From Bacilli bacterium (GTDB lineage Bacteria; Bacillota_I; Bacilli_A; RF39; UBA660): 64,000 bases of DNA. The stretch lies in the NCBI GenBank assembly GCA_017459965.1, contig JAFUBW010000002.1, positions 748-64,747 of the forward strand, read 5' to 3'. The translations under genes were made by a program, and so were the position numbers. This document shows, one piece after another, positions 38,485 through 47,642 of the stretch (the first letter of the stretch is position 1; each line of letters begins with the position of its first letter). The notes under the pieces were generated by a model. That model did no database searches. It was given only the letters and a program-made list of their open reading frames with translations, and was not told the DNA's origin.

Positions 38485-38501
38485 TTAAATAAATAAAAAA
38501 T

Positions 38502-38530
38502 TTGACAAATTAATAACTTTATAATAAAAT
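38502..38530 (+). promoter_or_regulatory. Promoter of TetR-family gene
   Basis: TTGACA, 17-nt spacer, TAAAAT. Confidence 0.55.
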
Positions 38531-38563
38531 AACACCCATTATTTAATTTTGGGGGTTATTTTT

Positions 38564-39094
38564 ATGGCAAGAAAAGCTATATTTAAAAAAGATTTTATTA
38601 TAAATAAAAGTGTTGATTTTATAAAGGAAAATGGTATTGATAAATTAAGTGCGAGAGAACTTACTAAATATATTGGATGTTCTACTCAGCCAATATTTAG
38701 ACTTTATAATAATATGGATATATATAAAAGAGACTTAAAGAAAGAATTAAATAAAGAATATAATGATTTTACAGAGAAATTTATAGATAAAGATAATTAT
38801 TTTTTAAGTATAAATTGTGCATATGCAATGTATGCTAAAAAAGAAAATAGTTTATTTAAAGCATTATTTATAAGTGATTTATCTGATAAAAAAGATAAAA
38901 ATAAAAAAGAATTAATAGAAATTTTAAAAGAAGAATACAATATAAGTGATGCAAAAGCTGAGTCTGTATATAGAGATGTTAGTTTATATACAAAGGGACT
39001 TGCTACTAATTTATGTTTAAAAAGTATGAATATATCTGATAAAGATCTATTATTCTTAATTAATAATTGTATAAAAAGGAATATAAAGGGATAG
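38564..39094 (+). CDS. TetR/AcrR-family transcriptional regulator
   Basis: N-terminal HTH (GIDKLSARELTKYIGCSTQPIFRLY) and a helical C-terminal domain. ATG 38564 follows TGGGGGT. Confidence 0.75.
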   Translation: MARKAIFKKDFIINKSVDFIKENGIDKLSARELTKYIGCSTQPIFRLYNNMDIYKRDLKKELNKEYNDFTEKFIDKDNYFLSINCAYAMYAKKENSLFKALFISDLSDKKDKNKKELIEILKEEYNISDAKAESVYRDVSLYTKGLATNLCLKSMNISDKDLLFLINNCIKRNIKG

Positions 39095-39096
39095 AT

Positions 39097-39128
39097 GAAG
39101 AAAAGTACAAATAAGTGTACTTTTTTTC
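39097..39128. terminator. Bidirectional terminator between convergent TetR and XRE genes
   Basis: AAAAGTACA/TGTACTTTT 9-bp stem flanked by A- and T-runs. Confidence 0.65.
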
Positions 39129-39129
39129 T

Positions 39130-39366
39130 TTATACTATATCATCAAATAATTGTCTTATATCTATTTCAAGTGCATCAGCAAATTTACCAATAGTTTCAA
39201 GTGTGGGAGTTTTATCTATAGTTAAACATTCTAAATCTCTAACATATCCATGAGTTAAACCGGTAAGATCAGCAAGTTCTTGCATTGTATAACCTCTAAT
39301 TAATCTATATTTACGAATATTTTTTCTAACTTGTAGTGATAATATTTCTTTAGAATATCGTCCCAT
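39130..39366 (-). CDS. XRE-family helix-turn-helix protein (78 aa)
   Basis: IRKYRLIRGYTMQELADLTGLTHGYVRDLE is a Cro/C1-type HTH. This is the only minus-strand gene right of oriC. Confidence 0.75.
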   Translation of the reverse strand: MGRYSKEILSLQVRKNIRKYRLIRGYTMQELADLTGLTHGYVRDLECLTIDKTPTLETIGKFADALEIDIRQLFDDIV

Positions 39367-39472
39367 AGAAGTATCCTACCTTTCTTTTTTATAATTATTT
39401 CATAAAAATTACAAAAAATATGTCGTCTGTCAGAAGTTTTTATGATATACTTATGATAGAAAGGAGAAGAAT

Positions 39473-40024
39473 ATGGATAATAAGGATTTAAAACAATGTA
39501 AAAAATGTAAGGAGCAGATTAATAAAAAAGCAAAAAAATGTCCACACTGTGGAGCAAAACAAGGAATGCCAGTTTGGTTAATAGTTATTATTGTTATAGT
39601 AGTAATTGGAGTATTTGCAAGTTTAGGAAATAAGTCTAATAATTCAAGTAATGCCGATAATGGAAGTATTCAACCACAAACTCAATCTCAAGAACCTATT
39701 GAATACATAAGTTTATCAGTAGATGATTTAGAAAATGCGTTAGAAAATAATGCAGCTGCTGCAAAAGATACATATAACAATAAGTATATTCAAATATCAG
39801 GAAGACTAGGAACAATTGACTCAGATTTAAAATATATTTCTTTACTATCTCCAACAGATGACTGGGATATACTTGGTATACATTGTACACTTAAAACAGA
39901 TGCTCAAAGAGAAGCTGTAAAAACTTTATCAAAAGATCAATCAATAACAGTTAAAGGAAAAATAACTGATGTTGGTGAAGTATTAGGTTATTATTTAGAT
40001 GTAACTGAAATATATGGTAATTAA
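39473..40024 (+). CDS. Zinc-ribbon / single-TM / OB-fold (tRNA_anti-like) membrane protein
   Basis: CKKC..CPHC ribbon, the TM segment WLIVIIVIVVIGVFA, a low-complexity linker, and an extracytoplasmic domain with the AAAAKDTYNNKYIQISGRLGTI pattern of tRNA_anti-like OB domains. Confidence 0.6.
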   Translation: MDNKDLKQCKKCKEQINKKAKKCPHCGAKQGMPVWLIVIIVIVVIGVFASLGNKSNNSSNADNGSIQPQTQSQEPIEYISLSVDDLENALENNAAAAKDTYNNKYIQISGRLGTIDSDLKYISLLSPTDDWDILGIHCTLKTDAQREAVKTLSKDQSITVKGKITDVGEVLGYYLDVTEIYGN

Positions 40025-40033
40025 AATAAATTA

Positions 40034-40065
40034 AAAGATTATACTAAATATGGTATAATCTTTTT
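40034..40065 (+). terminator. Terminator after the zinc-ribbon/OB gene, with the tatD promoter -10 inside its right arm
   Basis: AAAGATTATAC/GTATAATCTTT 11-bp stem followed by a T-run. The right arm contains TGGTATAAT. Confidence 0.65.
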
Positions 40066-40080
40066 AAGTGGTGAGAAATT

Positions 40081-40836
40081 ATGATTATAGATACACATTG
40101 TCATATATATAATAGTGAAATAGAAAATGCAGAAGATATAATTAGAGAATGTGCTAAAAATAATATATATATGATTTTAAATGGAATAGATCCTAAAAGT
40201 AATAAAGAAGTATTAGAATTATCTTCTAAATATGATAATGTATATGCTGCTATTGGCTATGATCATTCTGTAGTAGATAAAATAACAGATGATGATATTA
40301 AATTACTAGATGAACAACTTAATAATCAAAAAGTAGTGGCTGTTGGTGAAATAGGACTGGATTATTATTGGGTAAAAGACAATAAAGATACACAAAAAGA
40401 GTTATTTGAGAAAATGTTAAATCTAGCCGAAAAACATAATCTTCCAGTAATAGTTCATGCTAGAGAAGCTATTCAAGATACATATGACATATTAAAAAGA
40501 CATAATGTTATTGGTTCTATGCACTGCTATCAAGGTTCTAAGGAAATGGCAAAAGAATTAATTAAATTAGGTTTTTATATTGGAATAGATGGACCTATTA
40601 CTTTTAAAAATAATAGAAAACAAAAAGAAATGATAAAAGAAATAGATATAAATCATATATTAGTAGAAACAGACTCACCATATTTATCACCTGAACCATT
40701 TAGAGGTAAAAAGAATACTTCACTCAATTTAATATATATAATTAGAAAAATAGGAGAAGAATTAAATTTGTCAGAAGAAGAAACGATTAAAATAACTACT
40801 AATAATGCAAGGAGATTATATGAAAGAATTAATTAA
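40081..40836 (+). CDS. tatD: TatD-family metal-dependent DNase/hydrolase (YabD)
   Basis: The IIDTHCH start, GEIGLDY and ETDSPYL motifs are present. Confidence 0.9.
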   Translation: MIIDTHCHIYNSEIENAEDIIRECAKNNIYMILNGIDPKSNKEVLELSSKYDNVYAAIGYDHSVVDKITDDDIKLLDEQLNNQKVVAVGEIGLDYYWVKDNKDTQKELFEKMLNLAEKHNLPVIVHAREAIQDTYDILKRHNVIGSMHCYQGSKEMAKELIKLGFYIGIDGPITFKNNRKQKEMIKEIDINHILVETDSPYLSPEPFRGKKNTSLNLIYIIRKIGEELNLSEEETIKITTNNARRLYERIN

Positions 40837-41626
40837 TAAATATGATTTTAAATTTAAAAAGAAATTTGGGCAAAACTTTTTAAAGGATAATAATATACTT
40901 TCAAATATTGTAACTAAAAGTGAAGTTGATAAAGATACACTAGTTATAGAAATAGGTGTAGGTGCGGCATCCCTTACAACACTTTTAAGTGTGTCAAGTA
41001 AGAATGTACTTGCATATGAAATAGATAAAGAGTTAAAACCAATTATTGATGAGACACTTAAGGACAAAAATAATGTAGAAGTTAAATATCAAGATTTCTT
41101 AGATTCAAATCCTAAAGAAGATATTAAAAAATATAATTATAAAAAATTATATGTAGTTGCGAACCTTCCATATTACATTACAACACCAATAATTGAAAAG
41201 ATTATAAACGATAAATTAGGTGTTGATAAAATAGTAATTATGGTTCAAAAAGAAGTTGGCGATAGATTTAATGCCAAAGTAGGTTCTAAAGAATATAATT
41301 CATTAACTATATTTTTAAATTATTATTTTGAGATTAATAAACTTATGAATGTATCAAGAAATTCATTTATACCCGCACCTAATGTAGATAGTGTAGTTGT
41401 AGAAATGAAAAAAAGAAATAAATCATATAATGTTAATAATGAAGAGTTATTTTTTAAATTAGTTAGAGATTCATTTCAGTATAAGAGAAAAAATTTAAGA
41501 AATAATTTAAAAAATTATAATCTAGAAAACATAGAAAAAATCCTAAAAAAAATAGGTAAAGACTTAACTGTTAGAGCAGAATCTCTTACGATAGAAGATT
41601 TTGTAGAAATAAGTAATTCTTTATGA
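40820..41626 (+). CDS. rsmA: 16S rRNA (adenine1518/1519-N6)-dimethyltransferase
   Basis: FGQNFL, EIGVGAASLT and NLPYYITTPI are present. ATG 40820 follows AGGAG. Confidence 0.92.
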   Translation: MKELINKYDFKFKKKFGQNFLKDNNILSNIVTKSEVDKDTLVIEIGVGAASLTTLLSVSSKNVLAYEIDKELKPIIDETLKDKNNVEVKYQDFLDSNPKEDIKKYNYKKLYVVANLPYYITTPIIEKIINDKLGVDKIVIMVQKEVGDRFNAKVGSKEYNSLTIFLNYYFEINKLMNVSRNSFIPAPNVDSVVVEMKKRNKSYNVNNEELFFKLVRDSFQYKRKNLRNNLKNYNLENIEKILKKIGKDLTVRAESLTIEDFVEISNSL

Positions 41627-41652
41627 TATAATTAAAAAAAGGAGGAAGTAAA

Positions 41653-42303
41653 ATGGATTATTCAGAGTTAAATGAAATATTAAAAAGTACTAGTACAAAT
41701 AGTGATGCAGAAGCAGCTTTGGCAGTTTTAGGAGTATTTATTGTATTTATTTTAGGAATAGTTCTTATAGCAGCTATATTTAAAATAATATCTAGATGGA
41801 TATTCTTTAAAAAATGTGGTGAAGAAGGATGGAAATCATTAATTCCAATTTATACTGATTTAACTTTACTAAATGTAGCAAAATTAAATTGGTGGTGGAT
41901 ATTTATATTATTAGCTGGCTCAATATTATCAATGTTTCAATCATCAATTAACATTTCTACAGCAACAGATTCATCAGTTCAGTTAGGGGTAGCTGCAGTT
42001 TTAGTAAGATTTCTTAGTATATTTGCATCTTTAGCCGCTATTTTCGCTAGAATTAATATTAGCTATAATATTTCTAAGAAATTTAATAAAAATGGCGGAT
42101 ATGCAGTATTAATTTTCTTATTTGAACCAATTATGTTTTTAGTACTTGGTTTATCTAAAAATGATAAATATGATGAAGCAGTAGAAGTATCACCAAATGG
42201 AATTTTTGGGATAAGTACAAGTAAACAATCAGTATATTGTCCAGATTGTGGTACAGAAGTAAAACAAGATTTTTGTCCAAATTGTGGTAAGAAAGTAAGG
42301 TAG
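41653..42303 (+). CDS. DUF5684-like membrane protein with C-terminal zinc ribbon
   Basis: FKKCGEEGWKSLIPIYT..LL..AKLNWWW is a DUF5684-type motif. There are several TM segments, and the protein ends with CPDCG..CPNCG. Confidence 0.6.
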   Translation: MDYSELNEILKSTSTNSDAEAALAVLGVFIVFILGIVLIAAIFKIISRWIFFKKCGEEGWKSLIPIYTDLTLLNVAKLNWWWIFILLAGSILSMFQSSINISTATDSSVQLGVAAVLVRFLSIFASLAAIFARINISYNISKKFNKNGGYAVLIFLFEPIMFLVLGLSKNDKYDEAVEVSPNGIFGISTSKQSVYCPDCGTEVKQDFCPNCGKKVR

Positions 42304-42345
42304 TAACCTTACTTTTTTATTTTCATATAATATATTGGTGATGAT

Positions 42346-43122
42346 ATGATAACGATAGGGGATATTGTATCTAGAAACAAATATAATAATGATATGCTTT
42401 TTAAAGTAGAAAAAATAGAAAATGGAATATATTATTTATGTGGTTTAGAAATAAGATTATGTGCTGACAGTGATTTATCTGATTTAAAAAAAGAAGAAAT
42501 ACAAACTATAGAAAATGATGATGAAAGAATACTTGAATTACTAAATGATACACTAGAAGATACTAGAGATGACTTTTTTTATATACCGGGTAGGATATTA
42601 CATATTGATGGTGATAAAGAATATTTAAGTAGATGTTTAAAATTTTATAAAAGTGCTGGTTTAAATGCTTATGGATTATATGAAAGAGAAGATAATTTGT
42701 ATAAAAATATGCCTAAATATTTAGAAGATATAAAACCAGATATTCTCATAATTACTGGACATGATGCATATTATAAACAGAAAGGTATGGATCATAAAGC
42801 ATACAAAAATAGTGATAATTTTGCTAAGGCAGTAAAAGTTGCTAGAAATTATGAAAAATCTTATGATAAACTTAAAATAATTGCAGGTGCATGTCAATCA
42901 AATTATGAAGAACTAATTAATTCAGGTGCAAATTTTGCATCTAGTCCAAAAAGAGTAAATATTCATGCACTTGATCCAGCAATAATTGCTATTTCAATTG
43001 CAAAAACAGAAAATACTAAGGAACTAAATTTAATAGAACTTTTGAATAAAACAAAATGTAAAAAAGAAGGAATAGGCGGAATAAGGACTTATGGAAGCAT
43101 GTATGTTGGTTATCCAAAATAG
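42346..43122 (+). CDS. yabG: Sporulation-specific protease YabG
   Basis: There is a long collinear match to recalled B. subtilis YabG: IGD.V.R..Y..D.LF, LHLDGD-type LHIDGDKEYL, ITGHDAY, AGACQS..E.LI..GANFASSP.RVNIHALDP. Confidence 0.9.
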   Translation: MITIGDIVSRNKYNNDMLFKVEKIENGIYYLCGLEIRLCADSDLSDLKKEEIQTIENDDERILELLNDTLEDTRDDFFYIPGRILHIDGDKEYLSRCLKFYKSAGLNAYGLYEREDNLYKNMPKYLEDIKPDILIITGHDAYYKQKGMDHKAYKNSDNFAKAVKVARNYEKSYDKLKIIAGACQSNYEELINSGANFASSPKRVNIHALDPAIIAISIAKTENTKELNLIELLNKTKCKKEGIGGIRTYGSMYVGYPK

Positions 43123-43129
43123 GTGATTA

Positions 43130-43339
43130 ATGTATAATGAAATAAAAAATAAATTAAATAAATTAATTAATAAAGATATTTTTATTGTAATTGATGAAGG
43201 AAGAAGTAGGAAGAGAAAGGAAAAAGCTGTTATTAAAGGGGTATATAATAGAATTTTCACTATAAAAGTTAATGATTTATTAATGTCTTTTAGTTATTCA
43301 GATTTAATTTGTAAAACAATTACATTATTAACTATGTAA
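43130..43339 (+). CDS. veg: Veg biofilm/sporulation-associated small protein
   Basis: 69 aa. IKNKL..L..K.......GRSRKRKEKAVI.GVY..IF.I......SFSYSDL matches the Veg pattern, and the yabG-veg order is as in Bacillus. Confidence 0.8.
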   Translation: MYNEIKNKLNKLINKDIFIVIDEGRSRKRKEKAVIKGVYNRIFTIKVNDLLMSFSYSDLICKTITLLTM

Positions 43340-43378
43340 TTGTTTTAATTTATGTTATAATTTATATAGGTGATAATA

Positions 43379-43753
43379 ATGAAAAAAGGATATACATTAG
43401 TAGAATTATTAATTGTAGTAGTAATAATTTCAATAATAGCTATTTTAGCACTTACAAATATAACAAAAAATACAAGTAAGGTAAAAAATATATCAAGCAA
43501 AAAGGTAGAGGAATTGATTAAATCTAGCGCAAAATCATATTTTTATAATAATAAACAATTAAGGCAAGATGTTAAAAATGGAGCCAAAGGAAAGATACCT
43601 TATAGTACATTAAAAGATAAGAGTTATCTAAATGATAATTTAATTAATGTTAAGACATATAAAAAGATAGATATTAATAACTCATGTGTATGTGTTACAT
43701 ATTCAAATTATGAATATATTTTTAATATTCAACAACCATGTGATTGTGATTAA
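43379..43753 (+). CDS. Type IV prepilin/pseudopilin-like protein (ComGC-size), orphan
   Basis: Class III signal MKKG|YTLVELLIVVVIISIIAIL, with G at -1, E at +5 and a hydrophobic helix. The 124-aa protein has four C-terminal Cys. TGTTATAAT and AGGTGA lie upstream. Confidence 0.8.
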   Translation: MKKGYTLVELLIVVVIISIIAILALTNITKNTSKVKNISSKKVEELIKSSAKSYFYNNKQLRQDVKNGAKGKIPYSTLKDKSYLNDNLINVKTYKKIDINNSCVCVTYSNYEYIFNIQQPCDCD

Positions 43754-43760
43754 AAAAAAC

Positions 43761-43789
43761 TTGCGTATTTAGTTAAATTACGATATAAT
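43761..43789 (+). promoter_or_regulatory. spoVG promoter (sigma-A-like hexamers)
   Basis: TTGCGT, 17-nt spacer, TATAAT. Confidence 0.5.
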
Positions 43790-43821
43790 TATTATAACAA
43801 TTCAAAAGGAGATGATGAGTG

Positions 43822-44094
43822 ATGAAAGTAACATCAGTAAAGGTTAAAAAAATTGAAAAAGAAAATTCTAGAATGAAGGGAATAGCTTCTATTTTATTAG
43901 ATGATATGATTGCCATTCACGATATTAGAATAATATCAGGTGATAATGGTTTATTTGTAGCAATGCCAAGTAGAAAAACTGCAACTGGAGATTATAGAGA
44001 TATAGTTCATCCAATTTCACAAGATGCAAGAGATATTGTTGAAAGTGCTATTATAGAAGAATATAATAAAGAAGAAGAACCAACAGAAGAATAG
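43822..44094 (+). CDS. spoVG: Septation/RNA-binding protein SpoVG
   Basis: MKVTSVKVKKI...GIASILLDDMIAIHDIRII.G.NGLFVAMPSRK...G.YRDIVHPI is the canonical SpoVG sequence. Confidence 0.93.
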   Translation: MKVTSVKVKKIEKENSRMKGIASILLDDMIAIHDIRIISGDNGLFVAMPSRKTATGDYRDIVHPISQDARDIVESAIIEEYNKEEEPTEE

Positions 44095-44115
44095 TTAATA
44101 ACTATTCTTTTTTTA
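44088..44115 (+). terminator. spoVG terminator
   Basis: AGAATAGTT/AACTATTCT 9-bp stem over the stop codon followed by a T7 run. Confidence 0.7.
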
Positions 44116-44162
44116 GTTCTATTTCCTTTTTGTAGGCATATTATTACATTGAGGAGGCTTTT

Positions 44163-44450
44163 ATGGAAATGATAAAGGAAATTAGTACTAACTTGAACCA
44201 TTCTTTCTCAGTATCTGAAAGAAAAAATATAATAATATCTGGTGTTGTAAAAATAGATAGCTTTGATGATGAAGAATTCTTACTTGAAACTGTACAAGGT
44301 TATATGAATATAAAAGGAGAAACCTTAGAGGTAGTCAAATTAGATACTTATCAAGGTAATGTAACAATAAAAGGTAAAATAGATTCAATTACATATATAG
44401 ATGAAAACAGTAAAAAAGAATCCTCTATGTTCACAAAATTATTTAAATGA
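44163..44450 (+). CDS. yabP: Sporulation protein YabP
   Basis: 95 aa with ISGV..I.SFDDEE..LET..G...IKGE.L.V..L, the YabP family pattern. It overlaps yabQ by 4 nt. Confidence 0.8.
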   Translation: MEMIKEISTNLNHSFSVSERKNIIISGVVKIDSFDDEEFLLETVQGYMNIKGETLEVVKLDTYQGNVTIKGKIDSITYIDENSKKESSMFTKLFK

Positions 44451-44746
44451 TATTAATATTACAAATTAAATCTTTATTTTTATCATTTATATATGGAATA
44501 TTTTTTTCTTTTACATATAAAATTAATTTTAAATATCTAAATTCTAATAATATGTTCTTTAAAATATTACTTACAATTTTATTTACTCTTGATCATATAC
44601 TTTTATATTTTATATTATTATCACTTATAAATAATGGAATACTTCATATATATTTCTTATTTGCATTTATAATTGGAATATTATTTTATATGTACATATT
44701 TGACAGTTCTTTATTAAATAAAATTGACTTAAAAAAAATGAAATGA
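44447..44746 (+). CDS. yabQ: Spore cortex protein YabQ
   Basis: A small polytopic membrane protein translationally coupled to yabP, in the conserved order yabP-yabQ-divIC. Confidence 0.7.
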   Translation: MILILQIKSLFLSFIYGIFFSFTYKINFKYLNSNNMFFKILLTILFTLDHILLYFILLSLINNGILHIYFLFAFIIGILFYMYIFDSSLLNKIDLKKMK

Positions 44747-44773
44747 TATACTCAAAAGTAAGAGGTAGGTTCT

Positions 44774-45058
44774 ATGAATAGAGGAAAGATAAAAAGGAAA
44801 ATATTTTTTATAACTATTATTTTTTTAGCAATTGGGTCTATTCTTATTAAAAGTATATTTGAAACTTCTATTCAAATACACGAAAAAAGAAAAGAAAAGA
44901 AAGAATTTACTTCTATGCTTGAAAAATTAAAAGATAAAGAAGAAGAATTAAATAATACAGTTACAAAATTATCTAATCCAGATTATGTAGCAAGATATGC
45001 TAGAGAAAAATATTTATATTCAAAAGATGGAGAAATAATTATAAGAATACCAGATTAG
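44774..45058 (+). CDS. divIC: Septum formation initiator DivIC/FtsB family
   Basis: Basic N-terminus, one TM segment, a coiled coil, and the C-terminal DYVARYAREKY motif typical of DivIC. Confidence 0.8.
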   Translation: MNRGKIKRKIFFITIIFLAIGSILIKSIFETSIQIHEKRKEKKEFTSMLEKLKDKEEELNNTVTKLSNPDYVARYAREKYLYSKDGEIIIRIPD

Positions 45059-45070
45059 TATTCTTTTTTC
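45043..45070 (+). terminator. divIC terminator
   Basis: AAGAATAC/GTATTCTT stem spanning the stop codon followed by a T-run. Confidence 0.6.
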
Positions 45071-45118
45071 TTTTAAAAAATAAAAAAATGTGTTATTATA
45101 TGGCATAAGGAGTTTTAT

Positions 45119-45499
45119 ATGGACACAGAAAGAATAAATACACTTGTGCTTGCATATTTAGGGGATAGCGTATATGAACTATTAATTAGAGATTATTTTA
45201 TTAAACAAGGTATTAACAAAGTTAATAATCTTCAAAATAAAGTAATTAATTATGTATCAGCAACCTCACAAGCAAAATATATTAATTATTTACTAGATAA
45301 TAATATTCTTAATGAGATTGAAATAGATATAGTAAAAAAAGGAAGAAATGCTAAAGTTAATTCTCATCCAAAAAATACAGATATATTAACATATAAATGG
45401 GCAACCGCACTTGAAACTTTATTTGGATATTTATATGTTAAGAATGAAAAGGATAGAATACAAGAATTAATAAGTATAATATTAGGAGAACAATTATGA
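45119..45499 (+). CDS. mrnC: Mini-ribonuclease III
   Basis: LAYLGDSVYELLIRDY is the RNase III signature. The protein is 126 aa. Confidence 0.88.
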   Translation: MDTERINTLVLAYLGDSVYELLIRDYFIKQGINKVNNLQNKVINYVSATSQAKYINYLLDNNILNEIEIDIVKKGRNAKVNSHPKNTDILTYKWATALETLFGYLYVKNEKDRIQELISIILGEQL

Positions 45500-46185
45500 T
45501 AGTATTTGGTAAAAATGTATTTAAAGAAATTATAAATAGTAATAATAAAATAAATAAAGTAATATTATCTAATAATTTTAGTGATAATGAAATTATAAAT
45601 TATTTAAAAAACAACAATATAAATACTCAATATTTAGATAAAAATATAATGGATAAAAAATATAAAGGTAATCATCAGGGAATAGTAATTGATATTCCTG
45701 ATTATAAATATTATTCAATAGAAGATGCTTATGATAGTAATTTTATTATAATGTTAGACCACTTAGAGGACCCACATAATTTTGGTGCAATTATTAGAAC
45801 TTGTGAAGCTGCAGGTGTTGATTATATAATAATACCAAAAAATAGAAGTGTAGAAATTAATTCAACTGTTATGAAAGTTTCTGCAGGCGCACTTAATAAT
45901 ATGAAAATAATAGAAGTAAATAATTTATCAAGTTCAATAGATAAATTAAAAGAAAATGGATTTTGGATATATGGAACTGACATGAATGGTGAAAACTATA
46001 CTGATATAAAATATGATACTAAAACAGTAATGATTATAGGAAATGAAGGAACTGGAATAAGTAGAATAGTAAGAGAAAAATGTGACTTTATAATAAGTAT
46101 ACCAATGATTGGTAAAGTAAATAGTTTAAATGCTTCAGTTTCTGCTGGTATAGTAATATATGAAGTAGTAAGACAAAGAAAGTAG
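45496..46185 (+). CDS. rlmB: 23S rRNA (guanosine-2'-O)-methyltransferase, SpoU/TrmH family (YacO/RlmB)
   Basis: LEDPHNFGAIIRT, IGNEGTGIS and SLNASVSAGI motifs are present. Confidence 0.85.
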   Translation: MIVFGKNVFKEIINSNNKINKVILSNNFSDNEIINYLKNNNINTQYLDKNIMDKKYKGNHQGIVIDIPDYKYYSIEDAYDSNFIIMLDHLEDPHNFGAIIRTCEAAGVDYIIIPKNRSVEINSTVMKVSAGALNNMKIIEVNNLSSSIDKLKENGFWIYGTDMNGENYTDIKYDTKTVMIIGNEGTGISRIVREKCDFIISIPMIGKVNSLNASVSAGIVIYEVVRQRK

Positions 46186-46192
46186 GGATTTC

Positions 46193-46804
46193 ATGTATAA
46201 AGATGAAAATGATTATGAATTACTTTATTTAATAAAAGAAGAAAATGAAGAAGCAAAAGAAATGTTTTATGAAAAGTATAGACCAATTGTTGAAATGAAG
46301 GCAAAAAAGTTTTTTTCACAAATTCAAAATAAGGGATATGAATTAAATGATTTAATACAAGAAGGTATGATTGGTTTATCTAATGCAATTAAAGATTATA
46401 ATGAAGATGAAAATGTGAAATTTATAACATTCGCAAATGTTTGTATTGAAAGAAATATTATTAATTTTATAAGAGAAATAAATAGACAAAAACACCAAGC
46501 TTTAAATTCATCAATATCAATTGATGAAGAAAATAAATCATCTGGTAGAAAATTACTTGAAGTATTAAATGATAATAGTTCTAATCCTGAAAATTCTTTT
46601 ATTTTTTTAGAAGAACAAGAAGAATTAAAAGAAAAAGTTAAGAAAAATTTAACTGATTTTGAAAAAGATGTATTTGATTTAAGATTTGAAGGCTTTACAT
46701 ATCAAGAGATATCTATTTTATTAAATAAGTCAATCAAATCGATAGATGGTACTATTTCCAGAATAAAACAAAAAATAATAAATAATAAAAAAAATATTGA
46801 CTAA
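46193..46804 (+). CDS. sigH: RNA polymerase sigma-H factor
   Basis: Region 2 (DLIQEGMIGLSNAIKDY..F.TFA..CI.R.I...I....RQKH) matches the SigH pattern, and there is a region 4 HTH. It lies upstream of secE-nusG as in Bacillus. Confidence 0.85.
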   Translation: MYKDENDYELLYLIKEENEEAKEMFYEKYRPIVEMKAKKFFSQIQNKGYELNDLIQEGMIGLSNAIKDYNEDENVKFITFANVCIERNIINFIREINRQKHQALNSSISIDEENKSSGRKLLEVLNDNSSNPENSFIFLEEQEELKEKVKKNLTDFEKDVFDLRFEGFTYQEISILLNKSIKSIDGTISRIKQKIINNKKNID

Positions 46805-46878
46805 AAATACTCTTTGTGTTATATTTTTAGACAGATACACGCAGAGTGTTTTTTATTTTGGAATAAAGGAAGGTATTT

Positions 46879-47091
46879 ATGAAAAGAATTAAGAAGTTTA
46901 TTTCTGATATGAAAAAAGAACTAGATAGAATAAGATGGTGTAAAGGAAAAGAATTAGTTAAGAATGCTATAGTAACAATAATATTTATTATATTTTTTGC
47001 AATATTTTTCACTTTAATTGAATATATTGTAACATTAATAATGAGAATAGATTTTAGTAATATAGTTGAAAGAATAGAAGATTTATTTTAG
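46879..47091 (+). CDS. secE: Preprotein translocase subunit SecE
   Basis: 70 aa with E..ri.W....E, one C-terminal TM segment, and a position immediately before nusG. Confidence 0.85.
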   Translation: MKRIKKFISDMKKELDRIRWCKGKELVKNAIVTIIFIIFFAIFFTLIEYIVTLIMRIDFSNIVERIEDLF

Positions 47092-47102
47092 GTGGTGAAA
47101 TT

Positions 47103-47642
47103 ATGGAAGAAAAACAATGGTATGTAGTTAATACTTATTCAGGACATGAAACAAAAGTAAAAGAAAACTTAGAAATGAGAATACAATCTATGGGAATGGA
47201 AAATTATATATTTAGAGTAATTGTTCCAGAAACAACTGAAATTGAAATAAAAGATGGTAAACAAAAAGAAAAAGTTAAAAAAATGTTCCCAGGTTATGTA
47301 CTTGTAGAAATGATTATGACTGATGAGGCTTGGTTTGTTGTTAGAAATACACCAGGTGTTACAGGGTTCCTTGGATCATCAGGTAAAGGTGCTAAACCAT
47401 TTCCACTTTTCCCACACGAAATAGAAAAAATCCTTAAAACTATGGGTATGAGTGTTAAAGAAGTTAAAGTTGATTATAAAGAAGGAGATAGAGTTAAAAT
47501 TACAGATGGTCCATTCAAATTAATGGAAGGTACTATACTTGATATTGACTTAGATAATTCTAAAGCAAATGTAAGTATAGATTTATTTGGTCAAGAAACA
47601 ACTGTAGAAGTTGAACTATCTCAAATAGAAGTTAATAAATAA
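47103..47642 (+). CDS. nusG: Transcription termination/antitermination factor NusG
   Basis: KQWYVVNTYSGHE, FPGYVLVEM and a KOW domain (GDRVKITDGPF). Confidence 0.95.
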   Translation: MEEKQWYVVNTYSGHETKVKENLEMRIQSMGMENYIFRVIVPETTEIEIKDGKQKEKVKKMFPGYVLVEMIMTDEAWFVVRNTPGVTGFLGSSGKGAKPFPLFPHEIEKILKTMGMSVKEVKVDYKEGDRVKITDGPFKLMEGTILDIDLDNSKANVSIDLFGQETTVEVELSQIEVNK

